Notes: generated from the letters alone by a model not told the origin. A stretch of DNA of 64,000 bases from Anaerolinea sp. (GCA_020719725.1 DYPU01000003.1:5081-69080); one strand, 5' to 3'; shown: positions 52,229 through 61,816, counted from the first letter of the stretch. Numbers and translations are program-made.

Positions 52229-54295
52229 ATGATTAAAATAACCAATTTGTTTTCGAAAATCCGATTTATCCCAACCAATATTCCTTTATTCCTTTTGGTT
52301 GCCAGCGGATTGGCTTTTGGAATTATTTCTCCTTTTTTAGGCTTTTATCAGGATGATTGGCATTTTGTTTATTATTACGTTACGCGCGGCTTGCCAGGTT
52401 TGGTGGAAATCTTCATCTACGATGGTCACCCATTGTCTGCCTGGTCCTATATTTTAGGGTTTTGGCTTCTCGGTATAAATCCGGTTGCCTGGCAGTTATT
52501 TTCGGTTTTTTTGCGTTGGTTGGCAGCCTGGGCCGTGTGGAAATTGCTTCATCAACTTTGGCCCAATCATCTTCGTCAAACTTTTTTGTCCGCGCTATTT
52601 TTTTTGTTATATCCGGCATTTGTTTTGCAAGCGCAAGCAATTTCTTATTTTGAAGTTTGGATTAGTTATATTTTCTTAATCCTTTCTTTTTATTTTTCGG
52701 GGCGGGGGATTCAAGAAAAACATATTGGATACCATTCTCTCGGTTTTTTAAGTAAAGTTGCCCATATATTTACCAGTGAGTATGTCACTGGGCTGGAGTT
52801 TGTTCGCCCATTTATTATTTGGTACCAGCTCCCCAGCCAAGAGTATGGATCACTTAGAGAAAAGTTGATTAAGGTAATTAGACTGTGGCTTCCCTATTTA
52901 CTTATCAATATTGGCTATATTGTTTGGCGAGTCTTTATTTTCGTTTCCCCAGTAAAGGAAAGAACCGCCACAAGAATGCTTTCTGGTCTGTTGGAAAACC
53001 CAATTGAAACGACTCAAACACTTCTTTTGAATCTGATTCAGGATTTGGTGTTGCTTTTGGGAACAAGCTGGTACTCCATCCTAACGCCCAGCCAGTTCGA
53101 TTTTTCTCGGATTATTAATTGGGTTTTCTTTATCATTATGGCCCTAAGCGCCGGGCTGACATGGATTAGCTTAAAAACAATTTCAGTGGAAAAAAATAAA
53201 ACGCTGTTGAATTTGCCCCAAAATGCAATTTTTCTCGGATTTTTGTTTGTCTTATTGGGTCTGGCACCTTACTATGCGATTGGCTATTTTATGCACGCAA
53301 AATACGCGCCCTGGAATGGGCGCGTTGCCCTTGGTTCGCTGATTGGCGCTGGCATATTGATAAGTGTACTGATTCACGCCCTGATCGCATCAAGAAAAAA
53401 ACAAAATATTGTCATAGCGCTTCTGGTTGCCCTACTCATTGGCTGGCAAGTGCGCAGCGCAAACGAGTTTCGTTATTCATGGGAAAAACAGCTTAATTTT
53501 TATCAACAACTATTGTGGCGTATTCCAGAATTAAAAGAGAATACTGCATTTATCAGCGAACAGGAAATATTGCCCTTCATGGGCGATTACCCAACCGCCT
53601 TTGCGATTAATGCGTTGTATGGGCAGGTGACCTCCATAAAAGACAAAAACATTCCCTACTGGTTTTTTACAACAGTGGGGGATTTCCTGGGGAAAGAGAA
53701 AGAGCTTTCAGAAGGAATCTTGATTGGTGACGAGAAGCATTCTTTGAGTTTTGTGGGGAAAAGCCAGGAAAGCCTGATCCTTCGTTTTGAGCCTGAGCAA
53801 GGGCAGTGTTTATGGATATTGTATCCACAAGATGCGAATTCCAGTTTGCTCAATCCCACCGAGCGCCTGATTGCTCCCCTTAGCGCAATTAACCGTATCG
53901 AAAACGGTCAATCAACCCATTTAATACAAGAGATTGGCGGTTCACCGAATAGCCAGAATTGGTGTTATTTTTATCAAAAGGCTGAACTAGCCAGACAATT
54001 TAATCAATGGGATAGCGTTCTCCAACTTTGGGAACAGGCCCAATTGAACTCTCAGCGCCCAGGCAATGGATTTGAATACACCCCGTTTATTCAGGCCTAT
54101 GCTTATACGGGCGATTGGGAGACAGCGCTGGCCCTAACCAATGATGCCAATCGATTAAGCCGCGCAATGAATTGGTCATTATGCCCGTTATGGGAAGACC
54201 TTCGCCAAAACACACCTGCCTCATCCCAAAAGGACAAGGCGTTTAAGGCCCTCAAGGAACGCTTGAAGTGTTCAGATTTTGCAGTCAACCCGTAA
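52229..54295 (+). CDS. Polytopic membrane protein, paralogue P1 (GT-C-like candidate) with Cys-containing, TPR-like C-terminal ectodomain
   Basis: 688 aa. YQDDWH in the first loop, more than 10 hydrophobic segments, C-terminal NWCYFYQKAELARQ. Paralogous to 55012-57042 and 57198-59207. Confidence 0.6.
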   Translation: MIKITNLFSKIRFIPTNIPLFLLVASGLAFGIISPFLGFYQDDWHFVYYYVTRGLPGLVEIFIYDGHPLSAWSYILGFWLLGINPVAWQLFSVFLRWLAAWAVWKLLHQLWPNHLRQTFLSALFFLLYPAFVLQAQAISYFEVWISYIFLILSFYFSGRGIQEKHIGYHSLGFLSKVAHIFTSEYVTGLEFVRPFIIWYQLPSQEYGSLREKLIKVIRLWLPYLLINIGYIVWRVFIFVSPVKERTATRMLSGLLENPIETTQTLLLNLIQDLVLLLGTSWYSILTPSQFDFSRIINWVFFIIMALSAGLTWISLKTISVEKNKTLLNLPQNAIFLGFLFVLLGLAPYYAIGYFMHAKYAPWNGRVALGSLIGAGILISVLIHALIASRKKQNIVIALLVALLIGWQVRSANEFRYSWEKQLNFYQQLLWRIPELKENTAFISEQEILPFMGDYPTAFAINALYGQVTSIKDKNIPYWFFTTVGDFLGKEKELSEGILIGDEKHSLSFVGKSQESLILRFEPEQGQCLWILYPQDANSSLLNPTERLIAPLSAINRIENGQSTHLIQEIGGSPNSQNWCYFYQKAELARQFNQWDSVLQLWEQAQLNSQRPGNGFEYTPFIQAYAYTGDWETALALTNDANRLSRAMNWSLCPLWEDLRQNTPASSQKDKAFKALKERLKCSDFAVNP

Positions 54296-54340
54296 ATGAA
54301 CTTGCGGGCACAAAAATAACAGACAATCTTAGAGAGAAAT

Positions 54341-55015
54341 ATGCCTACAATTGCTGCCCTGGTCCCTATGCGTCACAATAGCCAGCGTGTTCCCGGCAAA
54401 AACTACCGCGCGCTGGCCGAAAAGCCACTTTACGAGCACATCATCGAAGTATTGCTGGCCGTCCCAGAAATTAGCACTATTATGGTGGATACTGATTCTG
54501 AGCCGGTGATGGCTGGCCTGCGCCGCGATTTTCCGCAAGTGCAGTTGATTGAGCGGCCCGAAAACCTGCGCGCGCCCGAAATCCCGATGAATGAGATTCT
54601 GGCCTACGATACCGCTCAGCTTGAAGCTGATTTTTATCTTCAGACGCACAGCACCAACCCGCTTCTGCGCCCCGAAACACTTTCGCGCGGCATTCAAAAA
54701 TTCCTGCAGCAATATCCTGCCTACGATTCCATGTTTTCGGTCACGCGCCTGCAAACCCGGCTGTGGGATCAACTGACCCGGCCCATCAACCACAACCCGG
54801 CGATTTTGCTTCAAACTCAGGATTTACCGCCTGTTTACGAGGAAAACTCCTGCTTTTATATGTTTACCCGGCAAAACTTACTAACGCGCCGCAACCGCAT
54901 GGGCCTGCGCCCGCTTATGGTAGAAATCCCGCGCATGGAAGCAGTTGATATTGACGAAGAAGCCGACTTCCAAATTGCAGACTTGCTTATGCGGCGGCGT
55001 TTGGGATTAAGCTAA
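54341..55015 (+). CDS. Cytidylyltransferase (NeuA/KdsB-type, CTP_transf_3-like)
   Basis: 224 aa. IAALVPMRHNSQRVPGKNYRALAEKPL matches the acylneuraminate/KDO cytidylyltransferase N-terminal loop. Confidence 0.7.
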   Translation: MPTIAALVPMRHNSQRVPGKNYRALAEKPLYEHIIEVLLAVPEISTIMVDTDSEPVMAGLRRDFPQVQLIERPENLRAPEIPMNEILAYDTAQLEADFYLQTHSTNPLLRPETLSRGIQKFLQQYPAYDSMFSVTRLQTRLWDQLTRPINHNPAILLQTQDLPPVYEENSCFYMFTRQNLLTRRNRMGLRPLMVEIPRMEAVDIDEEADFQIADLLMRRRLGLS

Positions 55016-57042
55016 TGACAAAGAATCTCAGAGATCGTCTTGTAATCGTAGCGAAACGCTGCCGGGTAGTGTGGGTCTTCAGACAAGAAAGTGCATAAAG
55101 GAAAACGCATCTTGTTTCTTCCCTTAATTTCTTTATTGAAGAGCGACTTTGCATCTTCAATTCTGCCGAGATTGATTAGCGCCTCAAGAAAAGGCACTAA
55201 TTCCGATTTATCCCTTGCTACAAGTTTTAGGGCAACTGCCTGATTATATAAATTGCCAATTTCTTCCCAGTTTCCAGGCTGGCGCGCCAGAGCCGCTTTT
55301 TGATAGTAGTAACACCAATTGTGGCTTGGTTCAGAACCAAATATCTGGGCAGGTGAAATTGGGGATGGGCCAAATGAAATGATTCGATCTACACGCGAAT
55401 ATTCCCCAACCTGTTGAATTAGCAGAGTCTCGTTCTCCGAATAGATTGGCAGAGTACCATCGATTACATCGACGCAAGACGCGGATGATGGCACGCTTAT
55501 CAACAGCAAGTTGCTAAAGTCTCTGTGCAGTTTTATGTCACGGACACGGTTTTCAAGAACGCTTTTCTTCAATATGTCGTAGGCCGTATCGGATGTTAGC
55601 ACTTCGGCCTGAATTGCGGGGGCCGCGGCTGGGATTGGCCGGTAGATTAAATTTAGCGGCCCCCACACCTCGTAATCTTGTTGCATTCGATACCCTTCTG
55701 GCAGATGTACCATTACTAGCGTATCGTTTTTGATTTCAGGCGCACGCCAGGTAAGCTGCCACCAAGTTTCCCGTTGATAGTCCCATAGTCTTGCCCAGTA
55801 ATCAGCATTCAGCATTTGGGTGGAGACTGCCAGTCCAATCAGCCCAACCAGCAGCAGCTTGCGGAACTTTGGTCGCAACATAAGCGCAAACCCTGCAACT
55901 AGCAGGACTACTCCGCTGATGGGGTGCAGGCCATAGCTTTTATAGGCATCAAATAAATCAACTTAACGACCAGAAAGCACAACCGGAAAAACAGCACAGG
56001 CAACGATGAAAGCGCCAAGCCAGAGAAACTCTTGGAGTAGCCCCGTTGTCTTTTCTTCAGCATCGTTGCCAGCCCACCATTTTTTGAAGAAGAACAAGTA
56101 GAACAGCACCAAGCCTACCACCGTGCCGGCTGTCAAGACAGCGCTTGCCAGGTCTGAGTAAGACGCATTCGCAAATAATAGATAAGGTTTTACAAACCAC
56201 GCAAAAATAGAAGTATCTAAAAAATTTTTGGCAGTCTCAACCCCTAAACGTAGCAACATGGCGCGCAAGTTGCCAAGATAGTCACTCGCCAATCTGGCCG
56301 CATCTGTAGCATTTCGGGAGCTTTCAAAGATGAAAATGCGCCAATAGATAAAGCCAGCCATCGCTAACGGGTAAGGCCACCACCTTTTAACAACTTCCAA
56401 CACCAGCGATCGAGTTTTTGTGAAGCCCTGCTGCACCAAGCCGTATACTAAAAGCGCCAGGCGCATTCCTTCCAAGCCAATCATATATTCGTAGATGAAT
56501 AAATAATTCACGGTTAGAATAAAAGATAAAAAACCCAACCCAAATTTCCAGAGTTTATGGTTGGTTTTCATTGCCTGAAGCATTAAGGCAATTGAAACAA
56601 GTGCGCAGCCAAACCCGTAAAGATGATTTTGCTTGGTGTTTGCATTCGGTTGCGAAAGGAAACCCGGATAGACAATAAAAAGCACAACCATCAACGTGGT
56701 AATGTATTTTTGGCTCGGCCAAATTAAGCGCAATATCCAAAAGAAAGCCAACCCGCCAATCAACCGCCATAGCAATGCATATAAGTGCCAGTGGACGATT
56801 GTTTCACCTAGCAACCGATAAACAAGAGAATAAACAACCCCCATAAAAGGACGATCTGTGCTAAACAATGGGATAATGCTTTGCGCGCCTCGTGCCTGAC
56901 CAGACCAAAGCAAATACCAATCGTCGTGATAGTAGCCTAATTGCGGAATTCTGCTGCCGTGCGTAATAAGCGTGGTAAATAAAATCAACAAAAAAGCAAA
57001 GAAAATTTCGCTTTTAATGATTTTTTGAATACTTTGCTTCAT
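55012..57042 (-). pseudogene. Paralogue P2 of the same membrane protein family, interrupted by one in-frame TAA (55963-55965)
   Basis: ORFs 55963-57042 and 55012-55881 are in the same frame. The 27 codons between them are open and align with the paralogues. Motifs YHDDWY and HNWCYYYQKAALARQ are present. Confidence 0.6.
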
Positions 57043-57084
57043 TTATCTTCTCCATCCAGCTTTAATTCCCGGCTTCACATGAAA

Positions 57085-57128
57085 AAATGGGCAAACTGCC
57101 TAAGTTAAGTAAGATCAGTTGCCCATTT
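57085..57128. promoter_or_regulatory. Inverted repeat in the divergent P2/P3 intergenic region
   Basis: AAATGGGCAAACTG (57085-57098) versus CAGTTGCCCATTT (57116-57128). 13 bp are complementary with one bulged A and a 17-nt spacer. Confidence 0.45.
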
Positions 57129-57197
57129 CAGCGTAAAATTACACTCTTAAAAGCCCTCAAGGTATTTTCATCCCTGTCTGCCCTCTAAAAACAACCT

Positions 57198-59207
57198 ATG
57201 AAAACTCTTTTTGCCAGACACCCCCTTGCCTTCTCCAGTCTTATCCTGATATTCATCTCAGCCCTTATTTACCTGCCCCAGATCGGCCAAATGGGCTATC
57301 TGAACGACGATTGGTACCTGATGTACGATGCCCAAGTGCGCGGCGCAGACGTTTTCAGCCAGGTCTTTGCCAGCGACCGACCTTTGCGAGCCTTTGTGAT
57401 GGCCCCAGCCTTCACCTTGTTTGGCCTAAACCCACTGCCCTACCACCTCAGCGCCTACGCCTTTCGGCTCATCGCTGGACTGGCCGTCCTTTGGCTGGCG
57501 CGTCAACTATGGCCCAAACGCCCCGATTTCAGCCTGCTGAGCGCCCTCCTTTTTCTCATCTACCCTGGCTTCTTATCTCAAATCAACGCCATCGACTACC
57601 TTTCGCACCTTGTCAGCCTGGCCGCCATCACCCTCTCCATCGCGTTTACGCTGGCTGCCCTCAAAACCAGCGCCAGCGCTCAAAAATGGAGCTTTAGCGC
57701 CCTGGCAGTGCTTTTAGGCTGGGTTTCTTACGGTTTAATGGAGTATTTCATCGGCTTCGAAGGCTTGCGGCTTGCCAGTGCGGCCCTGTATTTTTGGCAG
57801 GACGATGCAAACGGCCCCCTGCGGCGCAAAGTTGTCTCCCTTACCCGCGCCATTCTGCCTTTTTGGTTGGCTCCGCTCGGCTTTCTAAGCTGGAGACTGT
57901 TTCTGTTCAGCCCAGAACGACGCGCCACTGACACCTCCTCCCAGCTTGGCGCATTACTTTCCTCTCCGCTCATCACCGGCGGCTGGTGGCTGGTTTACCT
58001 GATTCAAGACAGTCTCAACACCATTTTTCTGGCCTGGGCGGTTCCGCCCTACACCCTGGCATTTACCCTGCGTCTGCGAGACAGTTTGCTCGGTCTGGGG
58101 CTGGCTTTTGGGTTGGGCTTGTTCTCCTGGTTCATTTTCGCCAAACTAATCCCGTCATTGTCGCAACCTGATATTTCGCTACCCTCTCAACCCCTTTGGG
58201 TTGGCCTATTTTCCGTGCTGGTTGGCCTCATCCCGATCCTTTTTGCCAATCGCCATGTTGAATTTGCCAATTACTCGCGCTACACCATCCCTGGCATGGT
58301 CGGCGCGGCACTGGTGATGGCTGCGCTTATTTTTGCCCTGCCTCGCGGCCATTTGCGCCACATTGGGCTGGCCTTACTGGTTGGCCTGGGCGCCCTTACC
58401 CATCATGCCAATGCAGTCAATGCGGTAGCCAATCAAAAAGTAATTCAAACCTTTTGGTGGCAGGTTAGCTGGCGCATCCCACAAATCCAGCCAGGCACTT
58501 TACTGACTGCCATGCACCCCGGTTTTGGCATTCAAGAAGATTACTTCATCTGGGGCCCAGCCAATCTAATCTACGCCCCGCAAAAACAAACCGGGCCGCA
58601 AGTAAAAATTAGCTTGCCCGCCGCCATTTTGACAGATGAAAATACCCTCAAGATGCTGACCGGCCAAGGCCGCGAAGAAACTGAACGGCGCGGCAACCTG
58701 AGCATTCGAGAATACGATACGCTGCTAGTGCTGACGCTTCCCAATCTTTCGGCTTGTGTGCGCGTAATAGACGGCAGCGCCCCAGAGCTATCTACGCTCG
58801 ACGATAACCGCATCCGTTTGGTGGCTTCAAACTCAAATCTTCAAAACGTGCTACCCGATGGCTCCCACCAAACGCCGCCCGCTGTAATTTTTGGCCCGGA
58901 ACCAATTCACGACTGGTGTTATTATTACCAAAAAGCGGCGCTAGCCCGCCAACAAGGCGATTTTGCTCAGGTTGCGGCTCTTGGCGACGAAGCTCTTCAG
59001 TTGGGCTACTATCCCGGCGACCGGGTGGAGTGGCTACCCTTCCTGCAAGCCTACGCCAGCCTCGAACGTCAACCCAATGTGCGCCAAATTATCCGCATTT
59101 TGCGCGAAGACGCCTATCTGACCCAGCAAACCTGCCAAAATGCTCAGGCCTGGGAACTTTCTGCCCCCATGCGTTCTCTTTTTGATGAGTTACTCTGCCA
59201 AAACTAA
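57198..59207 (+). CDS. Polytopic membrane protein, paralogue P3 (GT-C-like candidate)
   Basis: 669 aa. LNDDWY loop motif, DRP, LWP, YPGF, C-terminal HDWCYYYQKAALARQ. Confidence 0.6.
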   Translation: MKTLFARHPLAFSSLILIFISALIYLPQIGQMGYLNDDWYLMYDAQVRGADVFSQVFASDRPLRAFVMAPAFTLFGLNPLPYHLSAYAFRLIAGLAVLWLARQLWPKRPDFSLLSALLFLIYPGFLSQINAIDYLSHLVSLAAITLSIAFTLAALKTSASAQKWSFSALAVLLGWVSYGLMEYFIGFEGLRLASAALYFWQDDANGPLRRKVVSLTRAILPFWLAPLGFLSWRLFLFSPERRATDTSSQLGALLSSPLITGGWWLVYLIQDSLNTIFLAWAVPPYTLAFTLRLRDSLLGLGLAFGLGLFSWFIFAKLIPSLSQPDISLPSQPLWVGLFSVLVGLIPILFANRHVEFANYSRYTIPGMVGAALVMAALIFALPRGHLRHIGLALLVGLGALTHHANAVNAVANQKVIQTFWWQVSWRIPQIQPGTLLTAMHPGFGIQEDYFIWGPANLIYAPQKQTGPQVKISLPAAILTDENTLKMLTGQGREETERRGNLSIREYDTLLVLTLPNLSACVRVIDGSAPELSTLDDNRIRLVASNSNLQNVLPDGSHQTPPAVIFGPEPIHDWCYYYQKAALARQQGDFAQVAALGDEALQLGYYPGDRVEWLPFLQAYASLERQPNVRQIIRILREDAYLTQQTCQNAQAWELSAPMRSLFDELLCQN

Positions 59208-59226
59208 CCCATTCTACCAACCTCCT

Positions 59227-60216
59227 ATGAAAAAAATCCTTTTCTCTGCCCCCTACATGCTACCCTTCGTGGAACGCTTTCGCCCGGTTTTCAACCATTA
59301 TGGCCTCGAACTCATTTTGCCCGAAGTTCACGAAAGGCTCGAAGAAGTCGAAATCTTGCCCTACGCCGGTCAATTTGACGGTGCAATTTGCGGAGATGAC
59401 CGCTACACTCCGCGCGTTCTCGCCGCCTGTGCGCCGCGTCTCAAAGTCATTTCCAAATGGGGCACGGGCATCGATTCCATCCACGCTGAAACCTGTCACC
59501 AGCTCGGAATTAAATTGTGCCGCACTCCCAACGCCTTCACCACCCCGGTGGCTGATAGCGTTATGGGATATATGCTGGCCTTTGCGCGCCGCCAACCCTG
59601 GATGAGCCAGCAAATGAAAAGCCTCATTTGGGACAAAATTCCAGGTAAAGCGCTAAGCGAATTTACGCTGGGGATTATTGGCGTCGGTGCAATTGGCAAG
59701 GCCCTCACCCGCCGCGCCCGCGCTTTTGGCATGAACGTCCTCGGCACAGACATTATCGACCTTGACCATGTCTTTGTGGGCGAAACGGGCATTCAAATAA
59801 CCCACCTGGAAGATTTGCTTGCCAATTCCGATTTTATCTCGCTCAACTGTGATCTAAACCCCACTTCCCAACACATTCTCAACGCTGAAACGCTCAAACA
59901 CACCAAGCCCGGGGCCATCGTCATCAACACCGCGCGTGGGCCGCTGGTTGATGAACCAGCCCTAATCGCGGCGCTTCAATCCGGCCATTTGGGCGGCGCG
60001 GCCCTGGATGTCTTCGAAGTGGAACCTTTGCCACACGATAGCCCACTGATGGGCATGGACAATGTCTTACTAGCGCCTCACAACGCCAATTCCAGCCCGG
60101 CGGCCTGGGAGCGAGTCCATTGGAACACCATCAAAAACGTATTAGATGGCCTGGGAATCGACGCCAGTGATCTCGCCCGCTTCCGTAACGAGCCAGCCAG
60201 GAGTGCAAATGACTAA
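59227..60216 (+). CDS. D-isomer-specific 2-hydroxyacid dehydrogenase (phosphoglycerate dehydrogenase-like)
   Basis: Start at MKKILFSAPY. GIIGVGAIGKAL NAD-binding loop, INTARGPLVDE, ALDVFEVEPLP, APHNA. Confidence 0.85.
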   Translation: MKKILFSAPYMLPFVERFRPVFNHYGLELILPEVHERLEEVEILPYAGQFDGAICGDDRYTPRVLAACAPRLKVISKWGTGIDSIHAETCHQLGIKLCRTPNAFTTPVADSVMGYMLAFARRQPWMSQQMKSLIWDKIPGKALSEFTLGIIGVGAIGKALTRRARAFGMNVLGTDIIDLDHVFVGETGIQITHLEDLLANSDFISLNCDLNPTSQHILNAETLKHTKPGAIVINTARGPLVDEPALIAALQSGHLGGAALDVFEVEPLPHDSPLMGMDNVLLAPHNANSSPAAWERVHWNTIKNVLDGLGIDASDLARFRNEPARSAND

Positions 60217-60973
60217 AACTATTCTCATCACCGGCGCCGTTGGCGGAATTGGCCGCGCCACTGTTCAACTCTTTGCCCAAAAAGGCTGGCTGGTGATTGG
60301 TGTGGATCGTTCCCCCCTCTCTGGCGATGACGATTTTTTCCCATCCAATGGGCGCTTCATCCAGGCTGATATTTCCCGCCCAGATGTAATGGAACGCATC
60401 TTCATCCAGACTCGCGAATCCACGGCCACATTAGATGTCCTCGTTAACAATGCCGCCTACCAGATTGCCAAGCCCCTGCTCGAAACTACCGTCGAAGAAT
60501 GGGACGCTGTCATGGCCTCCAACTTGCGTTCGGTTTTCCTCGCCGCCAAATTGGCCTACCCACTCATCAAACAGGCCGGCAGCGGCGCAATCGTCAATGT
60601 CTCCTCGGTTCACGCCATTCAAACCTCTGCCAATATCGCCGCCTACGCCGCCAGCAAAGGCGGGCTTTTGGCGCTAACACGCGCCATGGCAATTGAATTT
60701 GCTTCTGACAATATCCGCGTGAACGCCATTCTGCCTGGCGCAGTGGATACTCCCATGCTGCGCGCCGGGCTTGGGCGCGGCCATGTCGGGCAGGGCGATG
60801 TACAAAATCGCCTGGAAAATCTGGCGCGCAAAACCGTCAACGGGCGCGTTGGCCAACCATCCGAAATCGCCCACGCCATCTACTTTCTGGCCGATAACGA
60901 ACAATCCTCCTTTATGACTGGTCAGGCCCTCGTGATCGACGGCGGCGCAACCGCCCGACTCAGTACCGAGTAA
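60209..60973 (+). CDS. Short-chain dehydrogenase/reductase (SDR)
   Basis: ILITGAVGGIGRAT, NNAA, SSVHA...YAASKGG catalytic pattern. AGGAG RBS and 8-nt overlap with the upstream gene. Confidence 0.9.
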   Translation: MTKTILITGAVGGIGRATVQLFAQKGWLVIGVDRSPLSGDDDFFPSNGRFIQADISRPDVMERIFIQTRESTATLDVLVNNAAYQIAKPLLETTVEEWDAVMASNLRSVFLAAKLAYPLIKQAGSGAIVNVSSVHAIQTSANIAAYAASKGGLLALTRAMAIEFASDNIRVNAILPGAVDTPMLRAGLGRGHVGQGDVQNRLENLARKTVNGRVGQPSEIAHAIYFLADNEQSSFMTGQALVIDGGATARLSTE

Positions 60974-61006
60974 CAGAAACTCCACAATCGGAAGAAATTT
61001 TCACCC

Positions 61007-61816
61007 ATGCTCAACCAACTCAAAGCCTCATCCCTCTACCCTCTGTTGCGCGATACCTACATCACCCTGCGTGATCTGCCGCAACTGCCCGCTGCCTACC
61101 TTCACCCCTGGCGGCGAGAGAGTATTCAACGCCTGGCTGAACTGAAAGACAAACACAAAGGCCAGCGCGCCTTCATCATCGGCAACGGCCCCAGCCTCAA
61201 AAATACCGACCTGTCGAAGCTCAAAGGCGAAATCACCTTTGGCATGAATCGCATCTATCTGATGTTCCCTGAACTCGGCTTTCGCACCACCTACCTGAGC
61301 GTGGTCAACGACCTGGTCATCGAACAAACTGCCGCAGACCTCGCCAGCCTGGACCTACCCAAATTCATCTGTTGGCGCTCTCGGCGTTTTTTCCAACAAC
61401 CCCATTCGGCCTCCTTCAGCCTGCCCACCTTTCTCCACACCACCTACGACTCGCCACGTTTCTCATCCGATGTGCGCGGACGGGTTTGGGAAGGAGCCAC
61501 CGTCACCTACGTCACCCTGCAACTGGCCTTTCACATGGGGTTTAGCCAGGTTTACCTGCTTGGCGTAGACCACAACTATGAGACCAAAGGCAAACCCAAC
61601 ACTACCATCACCTCCCAAGGTGACGATCCTAACCACTTTCACGCCGCATATTTTGGCAAAGGCTTTCGCTGGCAGCTTCCCGACCTCGAAACCTCCGAAA
61701 TGGCCTACCGCATGGCCCGCCGCGCCTACGAAAAGGCCGGACGCAGCCTCCAGGATGCCACCATCGCCGGTAAATTGACCATTTTTGAAAAAGCGAACTT
61801 TAACGACCTCTTTTGA
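61007..61816 (+). CDS. DUF115 / MptE-like (Maf or sialyltransferase-like) protein
   Basis: AFIIGNGPSLKNTDLSKLKGEITFGMN and YLLGVDHNY resemble the DUF115 family that includes flagellin nonulosonic-acid transferases. Confidence 0.55.
   Translation: MLNQLKASSLYPLLRDTYITLRDLPQLPAAYLHPWRRESIQRLAELKDKHKGQRAFIIGNGPSLKNTDLSKLKGEITFGMNRIYLMFPELGFRTTYLSVVNDLVIEQTAADLASLDLPKFICWRSRRFFQQPHSASFSLPTFLHTTYDSPRFSSDVRGRVWEGATVTYVTLQLAFHMGFSQVYLLGVDHNYETKGKPNTTITSQGDDPNHFHAAYFGKGFRWQLPDLETSEMAYRMARRAYEKAGRSLQDATIAGKLTIFEKANFNDLF

Noticed and set aside
55963-55965. In-frame stop in P2 considered as selenocysteine or pyrrolysine recoding
   Set aside because: The codon is TAA, not TGA or TAG. I saw no SECIS-like hairpin immediately downstream.
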